From Candidatus Rokuibacteriota bacterium (GTDB lineage: Bacteria; Methylomirabilota; Methylomirabilia; Rokubacteriales; CSP1-6): DNA of 27,207 nucleotides. The position numbers and the translations under genes are program-made. The stretch spans positions 1 to 27,207 of the forward strand of contig JACPCX010000152.1 of NCBI GenBank assembly GCA_016184305.1, in the 5' to 3' direction. Below are positions 1-12,728 of this stretch, piece by piece. The notes under the pieces were generated by a model. The model searched no databases. It had not been told where the DNA came from and worked only from the letters and a program-made list of their open reading frames with translations. Within the stretch, counting starts at the first letter, position 1; each line of letters opens with the position of its first letter.

Positions 1-2657
1 CGTAGGCGACGGCGAGCCCGAGACCCGTGCTCTTCACGCCCTTGGTGGTGTAGAAGGGCTCGAAGACCCGCCGCTTCACCTCGCTGGACATGCCGACACC
101 CGTGTCCTTGACGGAGACGACCGCACGATCCCCGTCCCGCATAGTCCGGATGTGGATTCGCCCGCCCTTCGGCATGGCGTCCACGGCATTGAGGATGAGA
201 CTGGTGATGACCTCGCGGAACTCGGCAGCCCGCCCCGAGATATTCGGCAGCGGCCCGGGCTCGAACACGACCTCGATGCCCGCGCCCTTGCCCTTGGCCT
301 CCTGCTCCCAGCGTGGCCGGGTGATCTGGACACCCTCGCGGATCACCGCGTTGAGATCCACCTCCGGGGACAGCGCCTCGCCCCTGTCGGTGCGGCTGAA
401 GGCCTGGATGCGCCGGACGGTATCGGCCGCGTCCACCACCGCCCGCTCGATGGTCTTGAGGCTCTGGATCATCTGCTGGGGCGGCTCGCGCATGAGGGTG
501 GGCGGCGCCTGCCGCCAGCTCGCCCACGGCCCGGAGCGTCGCGCCCTGGACCACGGTGTCCTGGGCGGCCTTGAGGTCCTCCAGGGTCCGCCGCAGATCG
601 CTCACGAGCCGGGCATTATCCATGGCGATGGCGGCCTGGCGCGCCAGTGCGGTGAGCAGGCGGATCTCGCGCTCGTCGGGCGCGTGCACGTCCTGCCAGT
701 ACACACAGACCGCTCCGAGCGCTGTCTCGCGGCTGATGATCGGCACCCCCAGGATGCCGCGGTAGCCGTGACCACGGACCGCCTCGCCGAAGGTCGTTCC
801 GACCTCCTCCACCATGAGGTCAGAGCCGGGCAGCGGCTGGCTCAGGATGTCAGCGCTCCACACGGGCGCATGGGTGAGGGCCGCGGCTCCGACGGCGCCC
901 TGGCCGAGCCTCACGGGAAAGCCCACGGCGACCGGCGCGCCGCGCACCGCCCGCGCCCGCAGGCAGGCGGCCGCCTCGTCCAGCTCGAACACGGCGGCGC
1001 GCTGCGCCCCGATCAGGGTGACCGCGGAATCGGCGATCGCCTCCAGCACCCCCTGGATGTCGAGCGTCGAGGCGAGGGTCGCGCCCATGGCGGACAGCGT
1101 CTCCACCTCGGCCGCGCGCCTCGTGGCGGCCTCGTACTGGTGCGAGCGGTCCACGGCCAGCGCGACCTGGGCGGCGATGGTCATGGCCAGGTCCACCTCG
1201 GACGGGCTCCACTGCCGCGGGCCGCGGGTGTCGTCCAGGAACATGACCCCGATCACCTCGTCCTTGGCGATGAGGGGCAACACCAGCGCGGCGCGCATCC
1301 TGAAGGCTTCGAGCCAGATCGCGGGAATGAGATCGCTCTGCGCGGCGTCCTCGACGCCCACCGGCCGCTTGGTCCTCGTGACCTCCTCCACGGCCGGCAC
1401 ACGGTCCCAGCCCCCCTTCCGCATGCCCTTCAGGCTGGCCCACATGTCGGGCCTGGCGCGGCCGTCGGCGAACTGGGACATCAGCGGAACAAGATGGCCG
1501 TCCCGCCACAGGCTGACGGTGCAGCGCTCCACCCCGACGGCCAGCGCGGCGTGGCGCGACACCTCGCCGAGGAGCGGCTTCAGGTCCAGCGTCGTACTGG
1601 AGGCCCGCGCGATCTCCAGAAGCGCGGCGTTCTCGCGGGCCCGCCGCCGCTCCTCCTCGAAGCCCCGGGCCTTCTCCATGGCGACGGCCGCCTGCAGGGA
1701 GAAGCGCGCCAGCCGGTCCTCGTGGGTCGCCGTGAAAAGGCTGTCGCTCCGGTTGAAGGCCCACAGGAACTTGATCTCCTGGGCGCGCGCCCAGGCGTCG
1801 AACTCGGGGATCCGGACGAGGCGCGCATCGGCGAAGTAGTCGTCAGTCCGCACGGGCCGGCGCGCGGCGAGCGCCTCCCCCCCGAGCCCGGCGCGGGAGG
1901 CGACCCGGTAGCGGGGCAACCCTTCCGTCTCCACCCCGAGGCCGACGACCCGGCCGGTCCGCTGGGCTGAGGGTTCCACGAGCGAGCAGACGGCGGCATC
2001 GGCCGCGAGGAGGTGCTGGGTCTCTCTCACGATGGCCCGGAGCACCGTCTCGAGATCGGGGGAGGCCAGAGTCTCGGCGGTCACCCGCTGGAAGGCCTGG
2101 ATCTCCTCGAGCCTCGCCAGGGCGTCGGCATGGATGCCGGCGTTCCTGACGGCCTGCGCCGCCGGGGCGGCGACCGCGCCGGCCAGGGCCACATCGCCGG
2201 GCGAGAACTCGCGGCGCGATCGGGTCGCGCAGGCGAGGATCCCGATGGGGGCATTGTCGAGCACGATGGGCACGAGCATCATGGACACGAGGCCCTCGGC
2301 CTCGAACCACAGCCGGTTCTTGAGCCTCGGATCGGTGATCACGTCGGAGAGGGCAATGGGCTCCGCCGTCGCCATGACCGGCCCCAGCAGCCCTTCGCCC
2401 GAGGCGAGCCTCGTCTGGAAGACGACGTCCTGACGCCGGGTGCCGGTCTGCGCGCGCAGGATCAGGTCACCCGGCGCCTCGTCCCGCAGCCAGATCCTCA
2501 CCACGTCCACCCCGAGCCGCGCCCGCGCGATACCGGCCAGACGGTCCAGCACCTCGCCGAGGTCGAGGGTGGAGGCGACGAGCCGCGAGGACTCCACGAA
2601 AACTTCGAGCTCGCGCATGCGCTGATCCGTCGAGGGGCGCGACTCCTCGGGCGTCAT
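1..2657 (-). CDS. Multi-GAF (four GAF repeats) sensor histidine kinase; 3' end beyond the window; frameshifted at ~497 as sequenced
   Basis: Not in the ORF track because it has no stop in the window. Manual translation from ATG 2657: MTPEESRPSTDQRMRELEVFVESSRLVASTLDLGEVL..., with four GAF-type repeats ending in AVRNA, AMEKA, AVDRS and AMDNA helices, then the H-box start TLRAVGELAAGAAH. After a frame change at ~497 it reads LMREPPQQ...LILNAVDAMPKGG (N box), VKDTGVGM (G1), FEPFYTTK (F) and TGLGLAVAY (G2). Confidence 0.85.
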   Translation of the reverse strand, partial: MTPEESRPSTDQRMRELEVFVESSRLVASTLDLGEVLDRLAGIARARLGVDVVRIWLRDEAPGDLILRAQTGTRRQDVVFQTRLASGEGLLGPVMATAEPIALSDVITDPRLKNRLWFEAEGLVSMMLVPIVLDNAPIGILACATRSRREFSPGDVALAGAVAAPAAQAVRNAGIHADALARLEEIQAFQRVTAETLASPDLETVLRAIVRETQHLLAADAAVCSLVEPSAQRTGRVVGLGVETEGLPRYRVASRAGLGGEALAARRPVRTDDYFADARLVRIPEFDAWARAQEIKFLWAFNRSDSLFTATHEDRLARFSLQAAVAMEKARGFEEERRRARENAALLEIARASSTTLDLKPLLGEVSRHAALAVGVERCTVSLWRDGHLVPLMSQFADGRARPDMWASLKGMRKGGWDRVPAVEEVTRTKRPVGVEDAAQSDLIPAIWLEAFRMRAALVLPLIAKDEVIGVMFLDDTRGPRQWSPSEVDLAMTIAAQVALAVDRSHQYEAATRRAAEVETLSAMGATLASTLDIQGVLEAIADSAVTLIGAQRAAVFELDEAAACLRARAVRGAPVAVGFPVRLGQGAVGAAALTHAPVWSADILSQPLPGSDLMVEEVGTTFGEAVRGHGYRGILGVPIISRETALGAVCVYWQDVHAPDEREIRLLTALARQAAIAMDNARLVSDLRRTLEDLKAAQDTVVQGATLRAVGELAAGAAHPHARAAPADDPEPQDHRAGGGGRGRYRPAHPGLQPHRQGRGAVPGGGSQRGDPRGCPDHPATLGAGGQGQGRGHRGRVRARAAAEYLGAGCRVPRGHHQSHPQCRGRHAEGRANPHPDYAGRGSCGRLRQGHGCRHVQRGEAAGLRALLHHQGREEHGSRARRRL

Positions 2658-2831
2658 GGACTGGTGCCGAGTGCGCAGGGGGCGGCCGGCCCCGGCGGCC
2701 AGCCGGGGATGGATTCGGGCTCTGTCGGTGCCATGGGTACCTCGGGGACGGCCCTCGTCGGGTCGGACGGGACTTCGCCCCCAACCATAGCGCAAAGGCG
2801 GCCCAGGCGCTCGGCTTTATCCGGGGCGCAC

Positions 2832-2860
2832 TTGACGGCGCGGGGCGGCGGCCCTAAGAT
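2832..2860 (+). promoter_or_regulatory. sigma70-type promoter for the riboswitch-thiC transcript
   Basis: TTGACG (2832-2837), 17-bp spacer, TAAGAT (2855-2860), about 10 nt upstream of the TPP aptamer. Confidence 0.75.
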
Positions 2861-2871
2861 TTCACTGTCAG

Positions 2872-4605
<1,734 letters not shown>

Positions 4606-4620
4606 CCTGCGCCCGAGACC

Positions 4621-4649
4621 GCCAACGCAGCAGATGGGCCTTTTTCAGC
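4621..4649 (+). repeat. Fragment (right end) of the hairpin/MITE-like repeat
   Basis: GCCAACGCAGCAGATGGGCCTTTTTCAGC matches the right end of the full copies at 4655-4842 and 20655-20839. Confidence 0.7.
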
Positions 4650-4654
4650 CCTCG

Positions 4655-4842
4655 CAGGCCGCTCAAGAAGGTCCAGATGCAAGGCGGCGCCCGACGGCCG
4701 CACGCGAGGCGTACTCGGCTTGGCGATCCGAGCCGGAGGCGAGGTGAGCGGATCCGGAGATCCGGGCGAGCGTGAGCGAGCCACGTTGAGGTTGCGGCCG
4801 AGGGCGCCGTACCTCCGCAGATGGGCCTTTTTCAGCGGCCTG
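4655..4842 (+). mobile_element. MITE-like palindromic repeat, copy 1
   Basis: Terminal inverted repeats CAGGCCGCTCAAGAAGGTCCA and TGGGCCTTTTTCAGCGGCCTG (18 of 21 paired), internal paired arms, flanking CTAG at 4843-4846 that holds the ntrC stop, no transposase, and a homologous copy at 20655-20839. Confidence 0.75.
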
Positions 4843-6270
<1,428 letters not shown>

Positions 6271-6280
6271 GACGGGTGAC

Positions 6281-7366
6281 CTACCTTGCCACCGGGAGAA
6301 AGCACGACACCGTGGTCCCCCGCTCGGGCTCGCTTTCCACCTGGATCGTGCCCTTGTGCTCCTCGAGAATGCGGTGGCACAGGGCGAGCCCGAGCCCGAG
6401 CCCCCGGTCCTTGGTGGTGAAGAAGGGCGTGAACAGCTGGGCGCGCGTCGCCTCGGGGATCCCCTGGCCCTCGTCCACGAACTGCACCTCCGCCAGGCTT
6501 CGTGGGCCCTGCCCCAGGTCCACCTTGGAGAAGAGCGGGCTCATGCTGAGCCGCGTGATGAGCGTGAGCCGGCCGCCCGCGGGCATCGCCTCGAGCGCGT
6601 TCCGCACCACGTTGTGAAAGACCTGCAGCATCCGATCCTCGTCGACGAGGATCGGGGGCAGGCTCGGGTCGTAGCGCCTGATGATCTGCACGCCTTGCTG
6701 CGCCGCCATCTCCTGGGAGAGGAGCGCAACGCGCTCGAGGAGCTGGTGGAGATTGAGGGGCGCCAGGCGCAAGGTCACGGGACGGCCGAGGTCCAGCAGC
6801 CTCTCGATGATCCGGTTGACGCGGTTGACCTCGTTGAGCAGGACCTCCGTGTACTCGCCAAAGCGCCCGTCGTCGCCAAGCTCGCGCTGCATGAGCTGCA
6901 CGGCGCCGCGGATGGCGGAGAGCGGGTTCCGGATCTCGTGGGCGAGCCCCATCGCCATCCGCCCCACCGCCGCCAGCGTCTCGCCGCGGCGCACCTCGGC
7001 CTCGAGCTGGTGCAGGCGTGTCATGTCCCGGATCACGGCGACGGCGGCCTCGACGGCGCCGCTGCGTGAGGCCAGAGGCGCCGTCATCACACTGACGTGG
7101 ATCGGCCGGCCGTCGCCCCCGTCCAGCGCCGCCTCCGACTCCGAGCGGCGTTCGCCCGTCGTGAGGGTGCCGGTGAGATGGCGAACCAGGGAGGTGTCCG
7201 GCGGGAAAACGTCCTTCAGGGTCCGGCCGAGCACCCGGCGGGCCGAGCGGCCAAGCAGCGCCTCGGCGGCCGGGTTCCAGAGGACGATCCGCAGCCCCTC
7301 GTCCACGCCCACCACGGCGTCCGGGAGGCCCGCCAGGAGCGCTTCGTAGTCCAGCCGTGCGGTCAT
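6281..7366 (-). CDS. ntrB: PAS-domain sensor histidine kinase, NtrB/GlnL-like
   Basis: N-terminal PAS (WNPAAEALLG), H-box LAHEIRNPLSAIRGAVQL, YDPSLPPI, DEGQGI, FTPFFTTK and GLGLGL. Cytoplasmic, 361 aa. Confidence 0.85.
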   Translation of the reverse strand: MTARLDYEALLAGLPDAVVGVDEGLRIVLWNPAAEALLGRSARRVLGRTLKDVFPPDTSLVRHLTGTLTTGERRSESEAALDGGDGRPIHVSVMTAPLASRSGAVEAAVAVIRDMTRLHQLEAEVRRGETLAAVGRMAMGLAHEIRNPLSAIRGAVQLMQRELGDDGRFGEYTEVLLNEVNRVNRIIERLLDLGRPVTLRLAPLNLHQLLERVALLSQEMAAQQGVQIIRRYDPSLPPILVDEDRMLQVFHNVVRNALEAMPAGGRLTLITRLSMSPLFSKVDLGQGPRSLAEVQFVDEGQGIPEATRAQLFTPFFTTKDRGLGLGLALCHRILEEHKGTIQVESEPERGTTVSCFLPVAR

Positions 7367-7379
7367 CGGCCGAGCACCC

Positions 7380-8381
7380 TCATCCGAGCGCCAGGTCGGG
7401 GATCGCGTTCATCGTGAGCGGCGCCCGCTCGCCCGCCACGAGACGGTCGTGGCCCGCGGCGGCGATCATGGCGGCGTTGTCGGTACAGAGCGCGCGCGAG
7501 GGTACGTGGAGGTCCCACCCGCGCGCATGGCACTCCTGCTGGAGCGCCTCCCGCAGCGCCCCGTTGGCGGCCACACCACCGGTGAGCACGATCCGCCGCA
7601 CGTGGTTGCGCTGGGCGGCCCCGACGGTCTTGCTCACCAGCATCTTCACGGCCGTGGCCTGGAAGGAGGCGGCCACATCGGCCACCTGCCGGGAGGCAAG
7701 CGGAGCGTGGCGCTTCACGTGGAGGGACACGGCTGTCTTGAGCCCGCTGAATGAGAAGTCCGGCGCGCCGTCGCTCATCTGCGCCCTCGGCAACCGGATG
7801 GCCCTCGGGTCGCCCAGCCTCGCCGTGGTTTCGATGACGGGACCGCCGGGATAGCCGAGGCCGAGGAGCTTGGCCACCTTGTCGAAGGCCTCGCCTGCGG
7901 CGTCGTCGCGCGTCTGGCCGATGCGCTCGTAGCGCCCTGCCCCGCGGGCGAGGTAGAGCGCCGTGTGGCCGCCCGAGACGACGAGGGCGAGGAAGGGATG
8001 AGTGGGCGCGGGTTCCTCGAGGAATGCGGCGTAGATGTGGCCCTCGAGATGGTTGACTCCCACGAGCGGCAGCCCGCGGGCGTAGGCCATGGCCTTGGCC
8101 ACGGAGCAGCCGATGAGAAGCGAGCCCACGAGCCCCGGTCCCTGGGTGACGGCCACCCCGTGGAGGTCGGTGAGCCCAAGGCCGGCCCGGGCGAGAGCCT
8201 GGGTTATCACCGGCAGCACGACCTCCAGGTGCCGCCGCGAGGCAAGCTCGGGCACGACGCCACCGTACGGAGCGTGCACCGCATCCTGGGACGCGACCAC
8301 GCTCCCCAGGATCTTGCGGCCCCCGTCCAGCACGGCCGCCGCCGTCTCGTCGCAGGACGTCTCGATGCCCAGGACGATCAT
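7380..8381 (-). CDS. tsaD: tRNA N6-adenosine threonylcarbamoyltransferase TsaD
   Basis: VLGIETSCDET, GGVVPELASRRH, NHLEGH, VSGGHT, DDAAGEAFDK, FSFSGLKT and CTDNAAMIA. Start moved to ATG 8381. Confidence 0.97.
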   Translation of the reverse strand: MIVLGIETSCDETAAAVLDGGRKILGSVVASQDAVHAPYGGVVPELASRRHLEVVLPVITQALARAGLGLTDLHGVAVTQGPGLVGSLLIGCSVAKAMAYARGLPLVGVNHLEGHIYAAFLEEPAPTHPFLALVVSGGHTALYLARGAGRYERIGQTRDDAAGEAFDKVAKLLGLGYPGGPVIETTARLGDPRAIRLPRAQMSDGAPDFSFSGLKTAVSLHVKRHAPLASRQVADVAASFQATAVKMLVSKTVGAAQRNHVRRIVLTGGVAANGALREALQQECHARGWDLHVPSRALCTDNAAMIAAAGHDRLVAGERAPLTMNAIPDLALG

Positions 8382-8389
8382 GTCCGGAT

Positions 8390-9280
8390 CTACCGCACCA
8401 CGTGGGACACGGGCACCATCCTTACCCCTGCGGTTTCCCACCGGGGAATGTACTCCTTCAGGAGCCGGATCGTGAGCGGATGGCCGCGGGCCAGGGCGAT
8501 GGCCTCCCCTCGGCCCACCGCCAGGCGCCCCGCCTCCTCCCAGCGGGCCCGGAGCGCATCCTCGCCGGCCGAGGCGTCGATGGACACCTGGCGGCGCCCG
8601 GCGCGCAGGCCCAGCGCTCTCGCCTCATCGTAACCGACCGACAGGTTGCTTGTGAGAGCATCGACGAACAGGAGCCGCCGGGCGCGGAGTGGCTCGAGGA
8701 CGGCTCGCATCCGCGCGCGATCCTCGGTCATGCGGGAGCCCATGTGGTTGGTGACACCCACCACCCCCGGCAGGGCCATCAGGTGTTTCGTCAGGATCCG
8801 CGCCGCCGTCGCGGCATCCATGGCCATCATGAGGGCGCCCGGGCCTGGATCCAGCTCCGGGTAGCGGTACGGCTCCATCGGCAGATCCAGCAGGACCTCC
8901 ATGCCCAGTCGCGCGGCTTCCCCGGCAATCCACTGGGAGAGAGGCAGATCGGGCAGGATCGCCACCGCCACGGGCCGGCCAAGATCCTTCAGCAGATCGA
9001 AGACGTCACGCCGGCTGCCCAGGCCATCGACGATGACGGCAAGCCGGGACGTAACGGCGGTGGGAGGCGGGGCCGGCGACAGCGTCGGCTGGAGAGGCCG
9101 GGATGCCCTTGCGGAGCCGGGCGCCCGTGTTGCCCCCTGCGTCGCGGGGGCTGCGGTGAAAAGCGAGAAGCCCAGCAGGCTCGGCTCGCCCTGACGTGCC
9201 TGCCACTGGTCCAGGGCGATCACGGCCAGGAGGAGACCGACGATGATGCCGGCCAGAGCCTTCCAGACTCCGGCCGGCAT
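8390..9280 (-). CDS. Divergent polysaccharide deacetylase family protein (YibQ-like) with an N-terminal membrane anchor
   Basis: LPMEP and NHMGS motifs, N-terminal hydrophobic helix, and the conserved position after envC-ctpA. Confidence 0.85.
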   Translation of the reverse strand: MPAGVWKALAGIIVGLLLAVIALDQWQARQGEPSLLGFSLFTAAPATQGATRAPGSARASRPLQPTLSPAPPPTAVTSRLAVIVDGLGSRRDVFDLLKDLGRPVAVAILPDLPLSQWIAGEAARLGMEVLLDLPMEPYRYPELDPGPGALMMAMDAATAARILTKHLMALPGVVGVTNHMGSRMTEDRARMRAVLEPLRARRLLFVDALTSNLSVGYDEARALGLRAGRRQVSIDASAGEDALRARWEEAGRLAVGRGEAIALARGHPLTIRLLKEYIPRWETAGVRMVPVSHVVR

Positions 9281-9298
9281 CCCTCCCCGCCCCGCTCG

Positions 9299-10594
9299 CT
9301 AGCGGACCTGCGCCTGCGTCCCCGCGGGAGTCGGACGCGTCCGATCGAGGATCCGCATCGCCTTGAGCAGGTCCAGCGCCCGCTGCAGCTGCGGATCGCG
9401 CTTGAGATCGTCCTGCGGCTTCGTGTCCACGGTCTGGCCCGAGGGCTTGGCCGGCGCCGGCTGCTCTGCGGGGGCCGCGGCCGCGGTGACCCTGGGCACT
9501 TCGACGATGATGTCGGGCGTGACGCCCTTGCCGTGGATGGAGCGACCCTTGGGCGTGAAGTACTTGGCCGTCGTGAGCCTGAGACCGGACCCGTCCGACA
9601 GCGGAATGATCGTCTGCACCGACCCCTTGCCGAAGGTCTGCGTGCCCAGCACGACGGCCCGGCCATGGTCCTGGAGCGCCCCGGCGACGATCTCGGAGGC
9701 GGAGGCGCTGCCCTGGTTCACCAGCACGACGATGGGGAAGTCGGCGTACACGCGCTTGGCGTTGGCCTGGAACCGCATGTTCTGGTTGCGCACGCGCCCC
9801 TCGGTGTACACGACGAGTTTCCCCGTCTCGATGAACCTCTCCGACACCTCCACCGCGGAGGTGAGGAGCCCGCCCGGATTGTTGCGCAGGTCCAGCACCA
9901 GCCCCTGGATCTTGTCGTTTTTCGTGAACTTGTCGAGGGCGGCCTCCATGTCCTGGGCCGTCTGTTCCTGGAACTGGCGCAGGCGGATGTACTCGATCCC
10001 CGGCTCGAGCGGCATGGCGCGCACGGACTGGACGTGGATCTGCTCGCGGGCGATCTCGAAGTCCTTCGGCTCCGTGAAGCCCTCGCGCATGATGCTGATG
10101 ATGATCTTCGTGCCCGGCTTGCCGCGCATGCGCTTCACCGCGTCGGTCAGCTGCATGTCCTTGGTGGTGAGACCCTCGATCTTCACGATGCGGTCCCCGG
10201 ACTGGATCCCCGCGCGGTAGGCCGGCGTGCCGTCGATGGGCGCCACGACCGTGAGCACGTCGTCGCGCAGCGTGATCTCGATCCCGAGGCCCCCGAAGCT
10301 GCCGGTGGTCTCCACCTGCATTTCCCGGTACATCGCGGGATCGAGGAACGACGAGTGCGGGTCGAGGCCGCGCAGCGTTCCCTTGATGGCGCTGTAGATG
10401 ATGTCCTTGGCGGCCACCTCGTCCACGTACTGGCTCTGGACGATGGACAGCACCTCGGTGAACAGCCGGAGGTTCTCGTAGGTCGCCGCCTGGTCATTCC
10501 CCTTGCTCGCCACGCCGCCGCCCACGGACAGCGTGAGCACCAGCAGCAGCGCCGAGGCCAGCGCGACCCTCTTGATGTGCCGAATCGGACCCAT
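9299..10594 (-). CDS. ctpA: Carboxyl-terminal processing protease, S41 family (CtpA)
   Basis: LDPHS, PDZ GGLGIEI, DLRNNPGG, SASASEIVAGALQD and FGKGSVQ, with a signal-like N-terminus. Start set at ATG 10594 behind GGAGGAGG. Confidence 0.93.
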   Translation of the reverse strand: MGPIRHIKRVALASALLLVLTLSVGGGVASKGNDQAATYENLRLFTEVLSIVQSQYVDEVAAKDIIYSAIKGTLRGLDPHSSFLDPAMYREMQVETTGSFGGLGIEITLRDDVLTVVAPIDGTPAYRAGIQSGDRIVKIEGLTTKDMQLTDAVKRMRGKPGTKIIISIMREGFTEPKDFEIAREQIHVQSVRAMPLEPGIEYIRLRQFQEQTAQDMEAALDKFTKNDKIQGLVLDLRNNPGGLLTSAVEVSERFIETGKLVVYTEGRVRNQNMRFQANAKRVYADFPIVVLVNQGSASASEIVAGALQDHGRAVVLGTQTFGKGSVQTIIPLSDGSGLRLTTAKYFTPKGRSIHGKGVTPDIIVEVPRVTAAAAPAEQPAPAKPSGQTVDTKPQDDLKRDPQLQRALDLLKAMRILDRTRPTPAGTQAQVR

Positions 10595-10626
10595 GTGCCC
10601 CACCCTCCTCCGGTGCCGTTGCCCTG

Positions 10627-11841
10627 TTAGCCCCGAGGCCTCAGCCACTGCTCGGGGTCCTGCGGCTTGCCCTGGTGCCGCACCTCGAAGTACAGGCGCG
10701 GCCCCTGGAGCGAGCCGGTGTCCCCCACCGTACCGATGATCTGTCCCTGCTTGACGTCATCGCCCTCCGCCACCCGGATGTCGGCGGCGTGGGCGTAGAG
10801 CGTGTAGTAGTCGTTGCCGTGGTCCACGATGATCAGGTTGCCGTACCCGCGGAACCACCCCGTGTACATCACGTGCCCCGGGTACACGACCACGATGTTC
10901 GTCCCCTCGGCCACCTCGATATCGATGCCGTTCCGGAACGTCTTCGTCCCGAACCGCGGATGCACCTGCGTCCCGAACTCCGCGACCACCTTCCCCTCGG
11001 CCGGCCACGTGAGCCGACCGCGCAAGGCGCCGAGCCCCACGCTGGGCCCGATGTCTCCCGGCGCGGGTCGAGCGCGGCCCGCCGGAGGCGTCCTGGCCAC
11101 CCGCCGCTGCTTCGCCTGGAGGTCCCGGATGAAGGCTTCGAGCCGGCGCGTCGCCTCGGACAGCTCGAGGACCATCCGGTCGTGATAGGCCCGCTCGTCC
11201 TTGACCTTGGCGAGCAGCCCCCGCCGCTTTGCGGCCTCCCGGTCGGCCTCGACTCGCTCGCGATCGGCCTCCGTGCGAAGCGCCGACAGCTCCTTGCGCC
11301 GCGCCTCGATCCGGACCCTGCGCTCCTCCAACCCCTCGGAATTCACACGATACTCTCGAATCGTCCGTGCGTCCACCGTCGCCAGGGTGGTCAGATGGCG
11401 CAGGCGCACGGCCTGGGCCACCGGATCGGCGCCGGAGAGGACCAGCGGCAGCACGCCACCCTGGGCCTCCAGCTGGTACATCACGCGGAGCCGGCGGGCC
11501 AGCGCCTCTTCCTGCCCGCCGCGCTGCGTTTCGAGCCGCCCGATGTCCGCCTGAAGCGTCGCGATGTCGGACTGGGCCCGCTTGATCCGGGCATCCAGCG
11601 CGGCGACCTGGCGCCGCTTCGCCGCCAGGCGTTTCTCCGTTTCCTCGAGCTCGGCCAGGAGTGAGGCCTCGCGGTTGCGCGCCGCTACCGCCTTGGCGCG
11701 CTCCTCCCGGAGCTGGCGCTGCGTCTGCTGGAGGGTGCGCTCCTTGTCGCCAAGCTCGGCGCCGTCCTTCCTCGGCTGGGCCCAGGCGGCCGGGCCGAGC
11801 ACCAGCAGGACCAGCAGCGCCACGAGGCCCTGGCGCCTCAT
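10627..11841 (-). CDS. envC: Murein hydrolase activator EnvC (coiled coil plus degenerate M23 domain)
   Basis: Signal peptide MRRQGLVALL...AWA, long coiled coil, and an M23-like domain (NGIDI, GYGNLIIVDHG, YAH, LYFEVR). ATG 11841 overlaps the ftsX stop (ATGA). Confidence 0.9.
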   Translation of the reverse strand: MRRQGLVALLVLLVLGPAAWAQPRKDGAELGDKERTLQQTQRQLREERAKAVAARNREASLLAELEETEKRLAAKRRQVAALDARIKRAQSDIATLQADIGRLETQRGGQEEALARRLRVMYQLEAQGGVLPLVLSGADPVAQAVRLRHLTTLATVDARTIREYRVNSEGLEERRVRIEARRKELSALRTEADRERVEADREAAKRRGLLAKVKDERAYHDRMVLELSEATRRLEAFIRDLQAKQRRVARTPPAGRARPAPGDIGPSVGLGALRGRLTWPAEGKVVAEFGTQVHPRFGTKTFRNGIDIEVAEGTNIVVVYPGHVMYTGWFRGYGNLIIVDHGNDYYTLYAHAADIRVAEGDDVKQGQIIGTVGDTGSLQGPRLYFEVRHQGKPQDPEQWLRPRG

Positions 11842-12722
11842 GCGAAGCTGCGTCCCTTCGCGAGCACGCCCCCGAGCGCGCCCAGCCCGGCCCCGCCCCC
11901 CAGCAGGAGCAGCATCTCGGGAGCGGACAGGAACGCCGCGCGGCTGAGCCCGAGCGTCAGCGTGAGGAGCGGCTCGAGCCGCGGCGCCAGGAGCGCATGG
12001 GCCGCCTCGAGGCCGCCCAGCGCGATGAGCGCTCCCAGGAGCCCCTGCACCATCCCCTGCAGCAGGAGCGGAAGCCGGATCACCCGCTCCGTCGCGCCCA
12101 CGAGGCGCATGATCTCCATCTCGTCCCGCCGCGCGTGCAGCACGAGGGTCGTCGCCGTCGTCACGGTGAGGATGGCCGCCAGGGCCAGCACCGCCCCCAC
12201 GGCCAGCCCCGTCAGCTGGAAGAGCCGCCGCCACTGGGCCAGGCTCTCGACCCACTCGGCGCCGCCCTGCACTTCCTCGACCTCATGCAGGGCCGTGAGC
12301 CGCTGGACCAGCTCGCGGGTACCCTCGGGCGTCGCCGTGACCTCGTCGGGCGTCACCTCCACCGACGCGGGGAGCGGGTTGCGGGGGAGCTGGTCCACGA
12401 CGCTCGACTGGGCCCCGAGCGCGCGCTTCAGGGACTCGAGCGCCTCGCCTCTCGAGACGTAGCGGACGCGCTGGATGCCGCCCACCGCCTGCACCTTGCG
12501 GACCAGCTCGGCCACGGCCTCCGGCCGGGGCTCGTCACGCAGGTAGGCGACGACGCGCAGCCGCTCGCGCCACTGGGTGACAGCCCGCTCGAGGTTGATC
12601 GAGACGAGCCAGAAGGCGCCGAGCGCCGCCAGCGAGAGGGTGATCAAGAGGACGGCCGAGAGACCGACCCGGCCGGCCCGCCGGAGATCCCGCACCGCTT
12701 CGCCCACGAGAAAGCTAAACAT
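11838..12722 (-). CDS. ftsX: Cell division permease FtsX
   Basis: N-terminal TM, NPLPAS, ARRDEMEIMRLVGAT, three C-terminal TMs, located between ftsE and envC. Confidence 0.93.
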   Translation of the reverse strand: MFSFLVGEAVRDLRRAGRVGLSAVLLITLSLAALGAFWLVSINLERAVTQWRERLRVVAYLRDEPRPEAVAELVRKVQAVGGIQRVRYVSRGEALESLKRALGAQSSVVDQLPRNPLPASVEVTPDEVTATPEGTRELVQRLTALHEVEEVQGGAEWVESLAQWRRLFQLTGLAVGAVLALAAILTVTTATTLVLHARRDEMEIMRLVGATERVIRLPLLLQGMVQGLLGALIALGGLEAAHALLAPRLEPLLTLTLGLSRAAFLSAPEMLLLLGGGAGLGALGGVLAKGRSFA

Positions 12723-12728
12723 CGCTCC

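Noticed and set aside
2654..2788. 44-codon uORF whose TGA overlaps the kinase ATG
   Set aside because: It is Pro-rich, has no RBS or recognisable similarity, and such overlaps arise easily by chance. Its ATG also falls within a possible -10 (TATGGT).
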